A stretch of 60,601 bases of DNA, filler included, from Ionaspis alba (lineage: Eukaryota), in NCBI GenBank assembly GCA_964255285.1. It is 4 parts of 4 records of this genome, joined end to end, with 100 filler letters (N's around TTAATTAATTAA, not from the genome) between each part and the next. Parts side by side here need not be neighbours in the genome. Positions count along the whole stretch, not along the records: positions 30,456 to 45,563 come from CAXUUL010000390.1; positions 45,664 to 60,601 come from CAXUUL010000392.1; 2 more parts are not named here. One strand, 5' to 3'. The position numbers were made by a program, and so were the translations under genes. This document shows positions 37,401 to 49,495 of this stretch, one piece after another (position 1 is the first letter of the stretch; every line of letters begins with the position of its first letter). Under the pieces are notes generated by a model that had not been told where the DNA came from, did not search any database, and saw only the letters and a program-made list of their open reading frames with translations.

Positions 37401-37692
37401 CTACTTCGCGGCGCTGATCGTCTGGTCCTATGGCTACGCACTTGACGGCAAGCTTGCCCGTCCTCCAACGATCACAAACCCAGCTCAGCAAAAGCAAGAT
37501 ATGAGGTCTTTCCTCCAACGAGTCGGTGGCATCAAAACACCTGAAGATCTCGAAAGGACCATAGACCGGAACGCCTGCACGGGAATGCTGATGGTCATCC
37601 GAGATGAATTCCGAAATTGCAGATGGGAGCTCATGCTCGAGGCAGCGAATCTGCTGCAAAATTGTATTGATATGCTGAGAGGGGAGTCGTGA
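34402..37692 (+). CDS. Transcription factor with two C2H2 fingers and a Fungal_trans domain (Zas1/Klf1-like architecture); intron 34733-34792
   Basis: CPHDGCGKSYSRAEHLYRHQLN/H and CDFPDCQRLFVRQDLRARHRERH; YWYHFHPQMPILHKPTF; EATRRVAFAAFIID; LPLPCDESLW. Confidence 0.93.
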
Positions 37693-38359
37693 AAGCGTTT
37701 TGGTTGTGTTTCTGGGTGGAAAAGGATCTTATGCCTTCTACGATAGATACCCCCAAGGCGCTGATGTGGTTGGATATGTAGTTGTTGAAAATGGTCGTGT
37801 TGGGTACGAGTATGTGAGCAGGTTGCGGTTGGCTGTTTGTATCTACGCCTGGATCGAAAAAGGTATCCAATACCAGATACTTGTAATCTTACATGGCTTG
37901 CGGTCCTCAGCTGTTGAAAATAATTTTCACATGCAAGTTCATTCATGCTTCATCGATAAAACAGCCCCCAAACACCCGCACAGTCCCTGCAGCTCATTGT
38001 CCATTCGTTAAATCTCCCTGTCCGCGTCCCTGTGCGAAATGAGCCTATGCTTGATGCGGCTCCATAGTAAGCGCGCCTATTAGCTTCCCCGCTTGCGCTT
38101 AGAACCACACCCTTAGTACCGAATTACGTAGCTGCAGATCGATTCCTCGAAACGGGAGAAGTGGTGCGTGGGAGGTGTTCCACGAAACAGCTGATCACAA
38201 TGTTCTCTCTCTTGCACATGCGCTTCTGTGCAATCTTGTTGCACCTCGTTCTTCTTTGACCTTTGCATGTAGATAGTACGGTGATGCTACACTTGTTCGA
38301 CGATCTCCTGAAAGTTTCCTGTCGCGTGTCGGGCGATTGCCCCTTGCCGTGGGAAGAGC

Positions 38360-38866
38360 ATGGCACCCCAGCGAGTCCAGGACTCGAAACCGGACTCTAG
38401 CGCCAGGGAAAAGATGGGAGGGATTGCTGACAGGGGTGGAGTGGTAAAGGCGAGGAGGAGCATTGGTGCTTCGATGATCAGGGAGGGAAGTGGGCTCAAG
38501 GACGTTGTTGCCGCAAGTGCGATTGCTGAAGGAGCGAATGCCAATGGGAATGGGCAGTCTACGGGCAGTGAAGGCAGTGGGGTATGTTCGCGCGAGGCTC
38601 TAATGCGCCTCTCAACGGCTTTGCCAGTATACGCAATTTCAATTCATGGTGCTAAACAATCTCTTGTATTTAACAGATCAACTGGACTTCCTTCGAGACC
38701 TCCACTCTTCACGCCTACCGTCATGCCTACAGCCTCAACAGTCCGTCCGCTTTTCATTCCGCCCACAATCAATACGTGCTTACAATGACGGAGCTGGGGA
38801 AGCACTCGCCGACTATGGCGAGGAGGAAAGACAAGAGGCGAATTGGAAAAGATACTCTGGCGCTGG
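38360..38866 (+). CDS. SAP30: Sin3/Rpd3L histone deacetylase subunit Sap30 (3' end lost in gap 38867-38966); intron 38582-38676
   Basis: Phase-0 GTATGT...TAACAG intron; exon 2 INWTSFETSTLHAYRHAYSLNSPSAF...LGKHSPTMARRKDKRRIGKDTLAL matches the fungal SAP30 Sin3-binding domain (L.AYR.AY.L; K..LALAVRKHF expected next). Confidence 0.85.
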
Positions 38867-39157
38867 NNNNNNNNNNNNNNNNNNNNNNNNNNNNNNNNNN
38901 NNNNNNNNNNNNNNNNNNNNNNNNNNNNNNNNNNNNNNNNNNNNNNNNNNNNNNNNNNNNNNNNNNTTTCGTGAAGTAAATAATGTCCATTGTTATGCTA
39001 TCTGTCTCTGCTACTCTGTAGATTTGGCTTCTGTTTTATCTTCCTTCACCTCCTATTCCTCCTCACCACCGCCTATTTCTAGTATTCAGATCCATTCATC
39101 GAGCCTTCAAGCAAAGCAGCACCTCAACCCAGCAATTCACGTTACCACACCAGCACG

Positions 39158-39427
39158 ATGTGTCGCCTGGTCACCAAGGTCGGCCGGATTTGCAACTGTC
39201 GTATTTATTCAAATTTCAATCTCTGCCCAGAGGTATGTCGCGAGGGTAATGGCATATCATGTGACATAGTCGAGGAATTAAAGGAAAGCGAGGTCAACGA
39301 CTATTGCGACAGCTGCATAGCCGACAAAAAGGAGAAGGCCGAAAAGACGAAGAAGAAGGCTGATCAAGAGAAGAGGAAAAAGGCCGAAGAACAGAAGAAG
39401 AGCCTAAATCCCGAGGAGGGAGCCTGA
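39158..39427 (+). CDS. Small Cys-rich hypothetical protein with a Lys/Glu coiled-coil tail (89 aa)
   Basis: ATG in good context (A at -3) after a pyrimidine-rich leader; MC-x9-CxC...C...CxxC then a K/E-rich helix. Confidence 0.6.
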   Translation: MCRLVTKVGRICNCRIYSNFNLCPEVCREGNGISCDIVEELKESEVNDYCDSCIADKKEKAEKTKKKADQEKRKKAEEQKKSLNPEEGA

Positions 39428-39842
39428 GGAGCAAGCCGAAGGCGTAGAGTAACAGATGAATATGGTTCCAATTGAAGTCAGACTATAATCTGGATAGACT
39501 ATGCTGGAATTTGGGAGTGTGGATTCTAGAGTACAGGTCTTAGTTCTGATAAACACAAACACTGTCCTTACCACCTAGAAGATATAACTGATTCATAGAT
39601 GACGTGATGTAACTAGAATACATGAGATATTCTAGTCGCGATCGCCAGAATCTGGCAGCAGAAGTCTAATGACATGACTGAGCAAGTTAGCTTTGTGTGT
39701 ATTACTATACAAAGACAAAACAGAACGTACCTTGTGAGACAACACTTAATCGGATCCTGCGACTCGATGTCTATTCTCCCGTCCGATATTTTGGTGTGAA
39801 GAAATAAAGTCAGCCAATCGGAGAGCCAGCCTAGACCCTGGT

Positions 39843-39873
39843 GTTCTCCGGAGAACTTTTCTGCGACTCTTCT
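39843..39873. promoter_or_regulatory. 14-bp palindrome GTTCTCCGGAGAAC followed by an HSE-like TTCTAGAA, upstream of MDJ1
   Basis: Perfect palindrome at 39843-39856; TTCnnGAA near 39870; CCAAT near 39814. Confidence 0.4.
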
Positions 39874-39977
39874 AGAAGTATCCTATGGAGATACAAACAC
39901 AGTCCCCAACTCTACTCCTAAAGCCAGCTTGACACTGTGCTGCTGGAGTATAGACTTTGCGGCCTCTGCCTACCAAT

Positions 39978-41733
39978 ATGAGTATTGTAGGACCAGGCCT
40001 GCCGTCTAGGGCAGCGCTCCCCCTTCGACTTCTCAGCACATCATCGCCCTGTCAGAGGAGTCGCATCACACGTAAAGCTCAAACGCGGACCTATCATAAC
40101 ATCTCACAGAAATCTTTCGACAAGACACTACGGCGACCGGCATTATGTGGTCAGGGGCGGAGTATAGAGCATTGCAGAAGAGTAAGTAGATCCTCTCCAC
40201 AACTATGGCAAGATGCAGATCATTAATATCGTGCAACTACTGCAGGATTTCCATGCCACCGCTCCTACATACGCGACCAAAGATCCATATAACGTTCTAG
40301 GCGTTGGCAAGAACGCCTCAGCATCAGAGATCAAGAAGGCATACTATGGCCTAGCAAAGAAATATCACCCTGACACCAATAAAGATGCTGGTGCCAAAGA
40401 TCGATTTTCAGAAGCACAGTCTGCCTACGAGATGCTCTCCGATCCCAAGAAAAAAGAGGCATGGGATCAGTACGGCGCCGCCGCATTCGATCAGGGCGCA
40501 GGTTTCGATCCGAGCGGAGGGGCAGGCGGACCTGGAGGACCATTTTCTGGAGCAGCTGGCGGAGGTTTCGGTGGATTTGGAGGAGCTGGTTTCAGCCAAG
40601 ATTTCAACTTTGAAGACCTCTTCGGGGCTTTTGGAGGCGGTGCTAGGAGAGGCAGAGGATCACGTCAATCGCCCTTCGAGCAAGAGCAGATTCTGGTCGG
40701 CGACAATATCGAAGTGCAGACTTCCATTTCGTTCATGGATGCCGCGAAGGGTGTGACCAAGGATATTCACATCACACCTCTTGTCAAGTGCAAGAGTTGT
40801 AACGGTGGTGGATTGAAGAAGGGGCAGTCCAGGTCCAGTTGCAAGAAGTGTGGTGGTACGGGCACAAGAGTACACTTCATGCAAGCGGGCTTCCAAATGG
40901 CGAGCACGTGTGATGCTTGTGGTGGGCAGGGAATCACGATACCAAGAGGAGGAGAATGTAATACTTGCAATGGCAATGGAGTTGTGAGGGAGAGAAAAAC
41001 GGTCTCGGTGGATATACCTGGTGGTGTTGAAGACGGGATGCGACTACGAGTTTCTGGAGAAGGTGACGCACCGCCAACGGGTGCCGCGGCCAACCCGAGC
41101 GCACGCTCCTCATTGGGAGATCTCTACGTCTTCATTCGGGTTTCGCCAGATTCGAAGTTCAGTCGGTCGGGATCGGATGTCCTGTACACTGCTTCGATTC
41201 CCCTCACTACTGCGGTTTTGGGAGGCGAGGTCAAAGTGCCGACATTAGACGGCGAAGTCAAGGTCAAAGTAGCGACTGGGACAGGCACGGGAGACAAGAT
41301 CACCCTGGGTGGTATGGGCATGAAGAAGTTGGGTGGCAGACGAGGAGCTACTGGTGATCTTCGTGTTGAATTCAAGGTTGCAATGCCCAAATACCTTAGC
41401 ACAAACCAGAGAACGATTTTAGAGATGTTGGCCGATGAGTTGGGGGATAAGAATGCGAAGAGGATAATGAATCTTGGGAAGATGAGGTGAATTTCCTTCT
41501 CAAGAACTTCGATGCGCTGGAGATCCTGACATATCTCTAGCTCATCGTCTGAAACATCACCTCCACCAAAAAGCAATTCCGCCGAAGCTCATAAGAACGA
41601 GGGATTCCTCAAGTCAGCCTGGCACAAACTCACACACCAGCATGATAACCTGACCGATGACAAGTCGTCTAAGTCGAAACCAGAAGAGAAAAATGGCGAA
41701 GAAGAGCCAAAGAAAGCCTCTGGCTCTGGTTAA
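39978..41733 (+). CDS. MDJ1: Mitochondrial DnaJ (class I Hsp40); 2 introns
   Basis: Presequence ending RR/DFHAT; J domain with HPD; G/F region; four CxxCxGxG repeats; C-terminal [10 protein letters not shown]. Confidence 0.95.
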
Positions 41734-42552
41734 AGGCGAGAAAGATAAGTTTTGATGGATGTATTATATCTGCTTTCCCTATTCAAATCATAGCGCTGGC
41801 GGTACTGGGTCTCTCAGTGCATGAGATGAGTCCTGGCGTTGATAGATTCCTCAGGCTTCATCCGGGTTGTATATAGATAATCAATCTCCACAAAGCCTAT
41901 TTACTGTCTTAGTTCCTCCGTTCTGCGCGACCAATCAGATGTGCGAAGCTCTTTGCTGCACTGCAAATCACATTGGTCCGTTGAAGATCAACCTCAGCGC
42001 TTAGGGTCGTCCTGGATGACCACTCAAGCCATGCTCGTCACTCAGACCACCACCCTATAAGGACTTCAATTTATGATAGATCCTCTAGATGTTATCATCA
42101 TAATGCTGTAGGCGCTTCATAGTGAATCATACTATCCATAAGCATGGAAGACCCTGAGTCGTGAAGATGTCGGCCAGGTTCTAGAGTCACAGGATTATTT
42201 CGGCCAAATGTGGGCATCGATCAGTGCGCTTCCCAGATCCTGAGAATTCCTGCCCTACAAATCTACAGTTGCAAACTTCATGTGAACAACGCTTTGCAAA
42301 TCCGAAGGCTTTAAAACGCTCTCGCCATCCATTAACGATCTTTCTCCCTTGCTTCAAATCGACTATTCGACAGACGTTATCCTATGAAAGCGCAAGGGAG
42401 TGTGGTCTTGACTCAAAAAACAGTGCAGACAGAACCACCGCAGTGGCGGCTCTTGACCCTAGACTAAGGAGCTGCTATGCTCTTCTGACTGACTGCCCTC
42501 CGCCCGCCTGGAGAATGCACTGTTCTGATCTCAACCCTGAAGAGCCGACACG

Positions 42553-45448
42553 ATGTTGCAAACACCGATGATATCAAGTCCATTGAAGCAAACCGGGGAG
42601 ATAGATTGGATACAACCTCTGAAAGGCTACATAAGAGAAACCTATCAGGATGACCCGGAGAGGTATGCGGAAGAGTGCGCTACACTCAACAGACTGCGGC
42701 AGGATATGCGGGGAGCAGGGAAAGATAGTGCATCAGGGCGGGATTTGTTATACCGATACTATGGGCAACTCGAGCTACTGGACCTAAGGTTTCCGGTGGA
42801 TGAGAACCACATCAAGATATCGTTTACCTGGTACGTCGGTGGTATAGCAAAGGGAAAGGAATTGCTGGAACACTGAGCTAATGGCTGGACGGGCAGGTTC
42901 GATGCTTTCACACAGAAGCCAACTTCCCAGTACTCTCTTGCCTATGAAAAAGCGTCTATCATTTTCAATATCTCGGCGGTGCTATCATGTCATGCTGCAT
43001 ACCAGAACCGGTCAGAGGACACCGGGCTGAAGACCGCATATCACTCCTTCCAGGCATCTGCTGGCATGTTCAACTACATCAACGAGAACTTCCTACACGC
43101 TCCTTCCGTAGATTTAAGCAGAGATACGGTCAAGACTCTGATTGCTATCATGCTCGCACAAGGTCAGGAAGTATTTCTGGAGAAGCAAATAGCGGATGAC
43201 AAAAAGGTGGGACTATTGGCCAAATTGGCAAGTCAAGCGGGGTCACTCTACGGTGGTGCAGTGGAGGGAGTCAGCGAGAATGTCTCGAAGGGTATCTTTG
43301 AAAGGGTCTGGTTATTGGTAGTCCAGATCAAGGCCAGCTACATGGCCTCTCTCGCTCAGTACTATCAGGCGCTTGCCGACGACGATGCCAACTCTCACGG
43401 TACGGCGATTTCCAGACTGCAGGTTGCAGAGACTCAAGCAAAAGATGCAAGTCGTATTGCGTCCTCTTTCCCTTCATCAGTGCCACCCACCTCGAACCTG
43501 GCTTCCGACACAGGAGTTCATCTGAGCGACATGGTCAAGAGACATCTATCGAACATCCAAGAGCGGCTCGCCTCATGCATCAAGGACAACGATTTCATCT
43601 ACCACCAAACTGTACCTGCAGAAGTTTCTTTGAGTGCCGTACCAAAATTACCAGCAGCGAAGGCAATACCAGTCAGCGAGCTGTATCAGGGCCAAGACAT
43701 CCAGAGGATCATAGGTCCAGATATTTTTCAGAAGATTGTGCCCATGGCCGTTACGGAATCTGCTAGTCTTTACGATGAGGAGAAAGCTAAGCTTGTAAGA
43801 GCAGAGGCTGAGAAGGTAGAGACGGCCAACGATGAAATGGCCACGAGTCTGGACTACCTCAAACTTCCTGGTAGCTTGAATGTGCTGAAAGGAGGCATGG
43901 ATCAAGAGACAGCCGTGGATGAGGAGTTCCGAGGATGGTGTGAAGAACTTGCAGGACATGAGCCTTTCGGGAAAGCATTCGAGCACATTCAAGCGAGCAA
44001 GACGCATATCCTCGGGGTACTGGAGAGTTGTACTAAGAAGCTTGACATGGAAGAGAACGTCTGTGAAAAGATGAGAGTCAAGTACAGCGATGAGTGGACA
44101 CAGCAACCAAGTTCGAGACTGAATTCGACTTTGAGGAGCGATATCCGGAGTTATCGTGGTGCTATTGACGAAGCTTCTGGGAGTGACGCTCAATTGCTGG
44201 CTACCTCCCGACAGTATGAATCCGATTTTGATGAGATGAGGTCTGCTGGGGAAACCGATGAAGCTGATGTACTTTATCAACGCGCAATGTCCAAAGTGGT
44301 TGGGGCTCGTGGAAAGGGAAAAAGCGGCAGTGCCATGTCTCCAAGTGAAGGTAATCTCTTGGACGAGGACTACGGCGAAGGAGGAATGAGTGTCATGGAT
44401 CAAATAGCCAGGATTGAGGACCTGCTGAAGAAGTTGAACCTGGTCAAAAAGGATCGGGTGCAGGTCCTCAAAGATCTCAAAGAAAAGGTGCGCATATTTT
44501 CTATGCAAAGAGATATGCTCGTGCTCACACTGCCAGGTCAAAAACGACGATATATCAAACGTCCTTATTCTCAACAAAAAATCAATAGCCAACCACGAGA
44601 ACAAGCTTTTCGAAGCCGAGCTTGAGAAATTCCGCTCCCACCAGAACCGCCTCCTGCAAGCGAACCACAAACAAGCCGCCCTCCTCAAAGACCTCACCCG
44701 CCACTACGGCGACCTCCTCCAAGACAAACGCGTCCGCTCCGAACAAGCCAAATACGAATCATTCACCCGTCAACGTAACACCGTCCTTTCTCGCTACCGC
44801 AAAGTCTTCCAAGCTTTCAACGACCTCGTCAACGGCCTCATGCGCGCCCAAAGCTTCTACTCCGAAATGAACGACACCGTGGATTCGCTCCGCGAAAACG
44901 TCGAAGCCTTCGTCAACAACCGCCGCGAAGAAGGCGGTCAACTCCTCGGCGCCATCGAGCGTGCCAAAGCAGCCAACACGAGTAGCCAAGCAGACCGCGA
45001 GCGGGATCGTCTCCGTGACCTCATGGACCGCATGACTGTCAACCCTTCTCCACCCTCTCGAACAAAATCCTCCGCTTCCCGTCCCCCACAACTCCCACGT
45101 ACTCCTCAGCCTCAATATCCCCAACACCAGCCTCCAACCTCCCCCCTCTATAACGCCAAACCCCCTACTCACTACCCACCCGGCTACGGCTATCCTCCCA
45201 ATGGCAGCTATCAGGAACAACGACCCGAGTCCTACGGCTACGATCCCATGCAATATCCCTACCAGCCACGGTCACCGCCGCCTAATCAAATGTACCCACC
45301 TACTGCCTACCCCGGGTATCCGCCCCCGCCGCCGGGTCAGATGTATCAGGGTCAGAACCATCCATCTTTCCCTCCGCCCCCGCCGGGACCGCCTCCGCAG
45401 TCGAGGACACCGGGAGATCCGTGGGCTGGATTGGGGGCTTGGAAGTAA
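42553..45448 (+). CDS. BRO1: Vacuolar protein-sorting protein Bro1 (Bro1 + V + Pro-rich domains); 2 introns
   Basis: SPLKQT.EIDW, LLYRYYGQLELLDLRFP, FTW/FDAFT, SLAYEKASIIFN, KDNDFIYH, SLYDEEKAKL, Pro/Tyr-rich tail ending DPWAGLGAWK. Confidence 0.95.
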
Positions 45449-45563
45449 TAATACCATGGTGCATTCATGAAGGGAAGTACCTGGGGATGCTTTCGCTGTA
45501 GGTGTTTTCGTAGCATGGTCAGGTGTTATCGTAGTAGGGAAGTTGTCAGCTATACCATGCTCG

Positions 45564-45663
45564 NNNNNNNNNNNNNNNNNNNNNNNNNNNNNNNNNNNNN
45601 NNNNNNNTTAATTAATTAANNNNNNNNNNNNNNNNNNNNNNNNNNNNNNNNNNNNNNNNNNNN
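45564..45663. other. Artificial scaffold spacer (44 N + TTAATTAATTAA + 44 N)
   Basis: 12-mer at 45608-45619. Confidence 0.97.
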
Positions 45664-45809
45664 AGTCCCAAGATCTATCAGGTATCAAACGCCACTGTAT
45701 GCAAGCTCAATTATCATCATCGTACATGCCTCATCAACCCCAATATCCCCTTGTCCTCCCACTCTCCTTCTCCAATCCTCTAACATCTCACTCTAAACCG
45801 GCCTTCCCA

Positions 45810-48800
45810 TCACCCCTTTCCCCTCTGCACCAATCCCAGAAAATAGCTTCTAAACCCTTTTGCATCCAACCTCCCCAAAGCCCCAACATAACTCTCCACA
45901 TCCCCTTGCCCCATGCCCATACCCACAAGTTCCACCTCCCTCAACCACCTAAGATACGCCTCCCCGGTCTTGGAATAGATAGCCTTCTGCAGCCAGGCCG
46001 CTTCAGTAAGCACGTGTTTCGAGAGCGCGTCTTTGGGATTGAATTGTGCATTGCTGGCTAGGGCCCAAGTGAGAGGTGAGAAGCGGGTGATGATAAATTG
46101 GTCGAAGTTCGGCAAAGTGGGTTGAGGCGTGAGTTGGGGAGAAGAAGGGGAGGTGGAAGAGGTGGAGGAAGAGGCGATGTCGGGACCGCCCCAGGTGTGC
46201 ACCATGCGGTTTAGGACTGAGAGGGCGAGTTTGGCAGTGGGGAGGTCGGAGGGATCTTTGGCAAAGTGCTCGATAGTGGAGATAAGGGTTTCGAAGGCCG
46301 GTTGGTTTGCTGGAGTATTGATTAGCGTGACGACAAGGAGGAAGAAGGAGAGAGATCAAGAAATTGCCTACCTTCGCTTACGAGCACGGATGCCAGGTCA
46401 TTATTGAGTATAACAAGCAGGAAAGAAAGATAGCGGGATTTGAGTTCGGAGAGTTGGATCTCGTCGTCAGTGCCCGAAATGGGTTCGCTAAGGCCAGCAA
46501 TGACGCGTTGTAGGAAAGGGGTCAGAAGCGTGTTGAGGATGTCAAAGATTTCGGTCTTGAAACCAAAGACAACTTGATCGAGAAGCCGCAAGAACATGGC
46601 CATTTCGTCTTTGGAAGAGGTTTGTGAGAGGAGACCGTCGATCCAGCGAGGGAGTTGCGGCAGTATACGGTTACCAACCACACCGACGAGGCGGGAGAAA
46701 GCGAATCGAGCAGCGGTGCGGATCTCGACTGAAGAGTTAAGGGATTCTAGGGCGACTAATATAGCTTCTGCCGTTCTTGTAAATTCTTCCGAAACTTGTT
46801 GAGCGGGCGGGCGTGCTGAGGCAGATGTGCTGGCTGGGGACCAATCACTAAAGCCTCGCGCCAAAGTACCTAAGGCCATGATGAGATGATGTATTTGAAG
46901 AACTGCTCGCTCATCTCCTGATCGGGCCGGTCCAAGGTGATTCTGAAGATCCGTGTAGAGTGGGTTCATGACTGATTGTACCAACGCTACTTGGCTCTCA
47001 ACGGGTACAGCTGGAATACCGCACATGCAGCCGATAGCCTCATACAAATACAATTGGCTACTAAACAAAGCACTCGCTGAGTCGTCGTTGTCATCCGACG
47101 ACATATCGTCATTGTCGGACGTCTCCTCTGGTAATTCTGCCTTGATGGGAAGCAAATCAGCGAGCGCCTGTATCACTGTTTGCGCAATGTTTCCGAGTTG
47201 CTGTCTTGTCTGTTTAATAAATCTGTGAAATAAGTACCAGGAACGAGCCTTGACTTTGACATGGTCATGGTGTACGAGGCGGACAAAGTGCTCTAGAACT
47301 CGTTGAATGAGGTGCGGATTGGCTTCGAAGAAGGTGCTATATCGGACGCAGATCTCCATATATTGCAGTTGAATGGATGGATGTGAGAAGTTAGCTACGT
47401 CTGTCCGAAGATGTCAGCATCTCTTGCAAAGATGGTAGTCGATTTCTTACCTGAATCGACCAGCTTGAACATCATGCCCACTAATCTTTCTGCAGCGGGC
47501 GAGATAGGTTTGGTCTTGCTGTATAAGCCTCCGCTCTTGACTGCCAGTTCTCCGAAAAGGAACATTTCATGCATGGCCAAGTCAATATCTCTCCAATCCA
47601 TCTGTCCCCCTTGGTTCCGGAAAGTCTCCAGAGAGGTGCCAACAATACTGCTGATAGTATCGATATGAAGTGGCTCATCAACAGCTGCAACAGCTTGTTG
47701 CAAGACTTGCAATCGTTTTCGAAGCTCTTGAAACTCAGCCTCGTCTGTCTGAGCATCTTCATTACCCCAAGAAGATGTCTCGTCATATCTCATCTTTGCA
47801 ACGATAGCTTGTAGAATAGGAGGAAGCATCGTAGCGTAGTCAGAATCGGCCTTGGCTTTCTTTCGGAGGTATGTAAGGAGGTCCGTCAGGCATGGTATCA
47901 CACTGGAGCATATCTCGTCGTACTCATCAGAGAGGAATCGAAGAACATGAGGTAGGAACATCTTGATTTCAGTGTTTGCTCTCGACATAATCACGTTAGA
48001 GTCTTGGGAGCTCTCCAGTACAACGACTACGTCAACCACTGTATTGTTGACAAGCTTGGCGACTATCTCTGCTAGATCGGTGTCGTAACTCGAAGTTGGT
48101 CGTAGCTCGTTCAAAGGCGGACTTGAAATCAGCTGAGAAACTAATTCCTTCACCTTCAGAACCTCGATAAGCTCTAATTTGTCGCTTGCCTTCATCTTCT
48201 TGGCTAGTATCTCGATAATGGTGTTTAAAGAGGCATCACGAAGGTTGCTGGACTGGTCGGTCGGGTCTGTTGCAACAAATTCAAACAAAAAGTTAAGGAT
48301 GTTGCCACTGAGAATCAGGGATAGATCAGTCCAGCTTGCCCATCGTCCAATAGTGGAAAGACAATATTGGATGATAGGGCCATCATGCGACTTCCACTGA
48401 GTTAAAATTTCTGGCCACGACCGAGCGATCTTTTGTGCATCGCGTTCTCTAACGAGATCCTTCAGCTCGTTATCCCGGGTTTGTTCCGCGGAGGTCCTCG
48501 GTACCAGCACATCCGCTATTTCGTCGTGGATAGAGACAAGAACCTTAAGATATAATCTGGTACCCGACGCGTTATCAGGGACTGAAGAACCGTTGGTGCG
48601 AGTCAATGCGAGGAAGTCCTCGAAGAAACTGGACCATTGTGAGGTATATAATGAAGCGAAGAGGTACGTGACGGTTTGGACGACTTTATTTTGGATGACN
48701 NNNNNNNNNNNNNNNNNNNNNNNNNNNNNNNNNNNNNNNNNNNNNNNNNNNNNNNNNNNNNNNNNNNNNNNNNNNNNNNNNNNNNNNNNNNNNNNNNNNT

Positions 48801-48951
48801 TGATAAATTCGAAGGCTTGAGATTTCAGGTCTCGATCAGATTGTGGGTTCCATGCTATCTCTATAGCATTCTCGACCTGCTTCTAAATATCAGCATTTAT
48901 GGACGGTATGGCAAGGAGTGTTGTGACAGAGTACGGTACCTGAGCAGCCAT
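45810..48951 (-). CDS. LOS1: Exportin-T (tRNA export receptor); 3 visible introns; internal gap 48700-48799
   Basis: [79 protein letters not shown]. Confidence 0.93.
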
Positions 48952-49495
48952 AGCCTGAACGAGTTCTGCCCTTTCAGAAAAAGGGTAGGATCGAGGCCAG
49001 AGATACGAGAAGCTTCAAGGTAGCTGAGTGATCGAAAGTGGTATTTTGGCGCTGATTCAGGCCGCCGACTGAAAGTGCTATCGAGACATGGATAGTTGCA
49101 GTGTCCGCTGGAGGGCAGACTAGGAAAGGTGAAGCATGGTTATGAAGCTCGAGCCCTGTAGGATGTGCGTGAAAAGATCGTTATGACATGGTTTTGGGGG
49201 CATGATCGGATATAAAATGAAGCTGTGATCGAGTCCTCCTTGCTAGTGATACAAGCGAGGACTGTCGTGTGCACATCCCATGCTACGATAACTTTACCAA
49301 TCAGCGATACGACTGACAGTGATCTAGACTCGAGTGAATAGAAGAAACTGCAGTGCTTTGTGAATTACGTCCTCACCCGCTAAAAGTCGTGCTTGCACGG
49401 TGTGCGCTACCATTAACATATTCTGAGAGCAGGATGGGATCGTGGATAGAAGAGTGAAAGTTCACCAATGAAGTGTAAGGTCTTTCTTCTATGGT

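Noticed and set aside
36766..37659. Long antisense ORFs (also 43648-44697, 3925-4599, 19891-20592)
   Set aside because: Shadows of real coding sequence on the other strand, with no motifs of their own.
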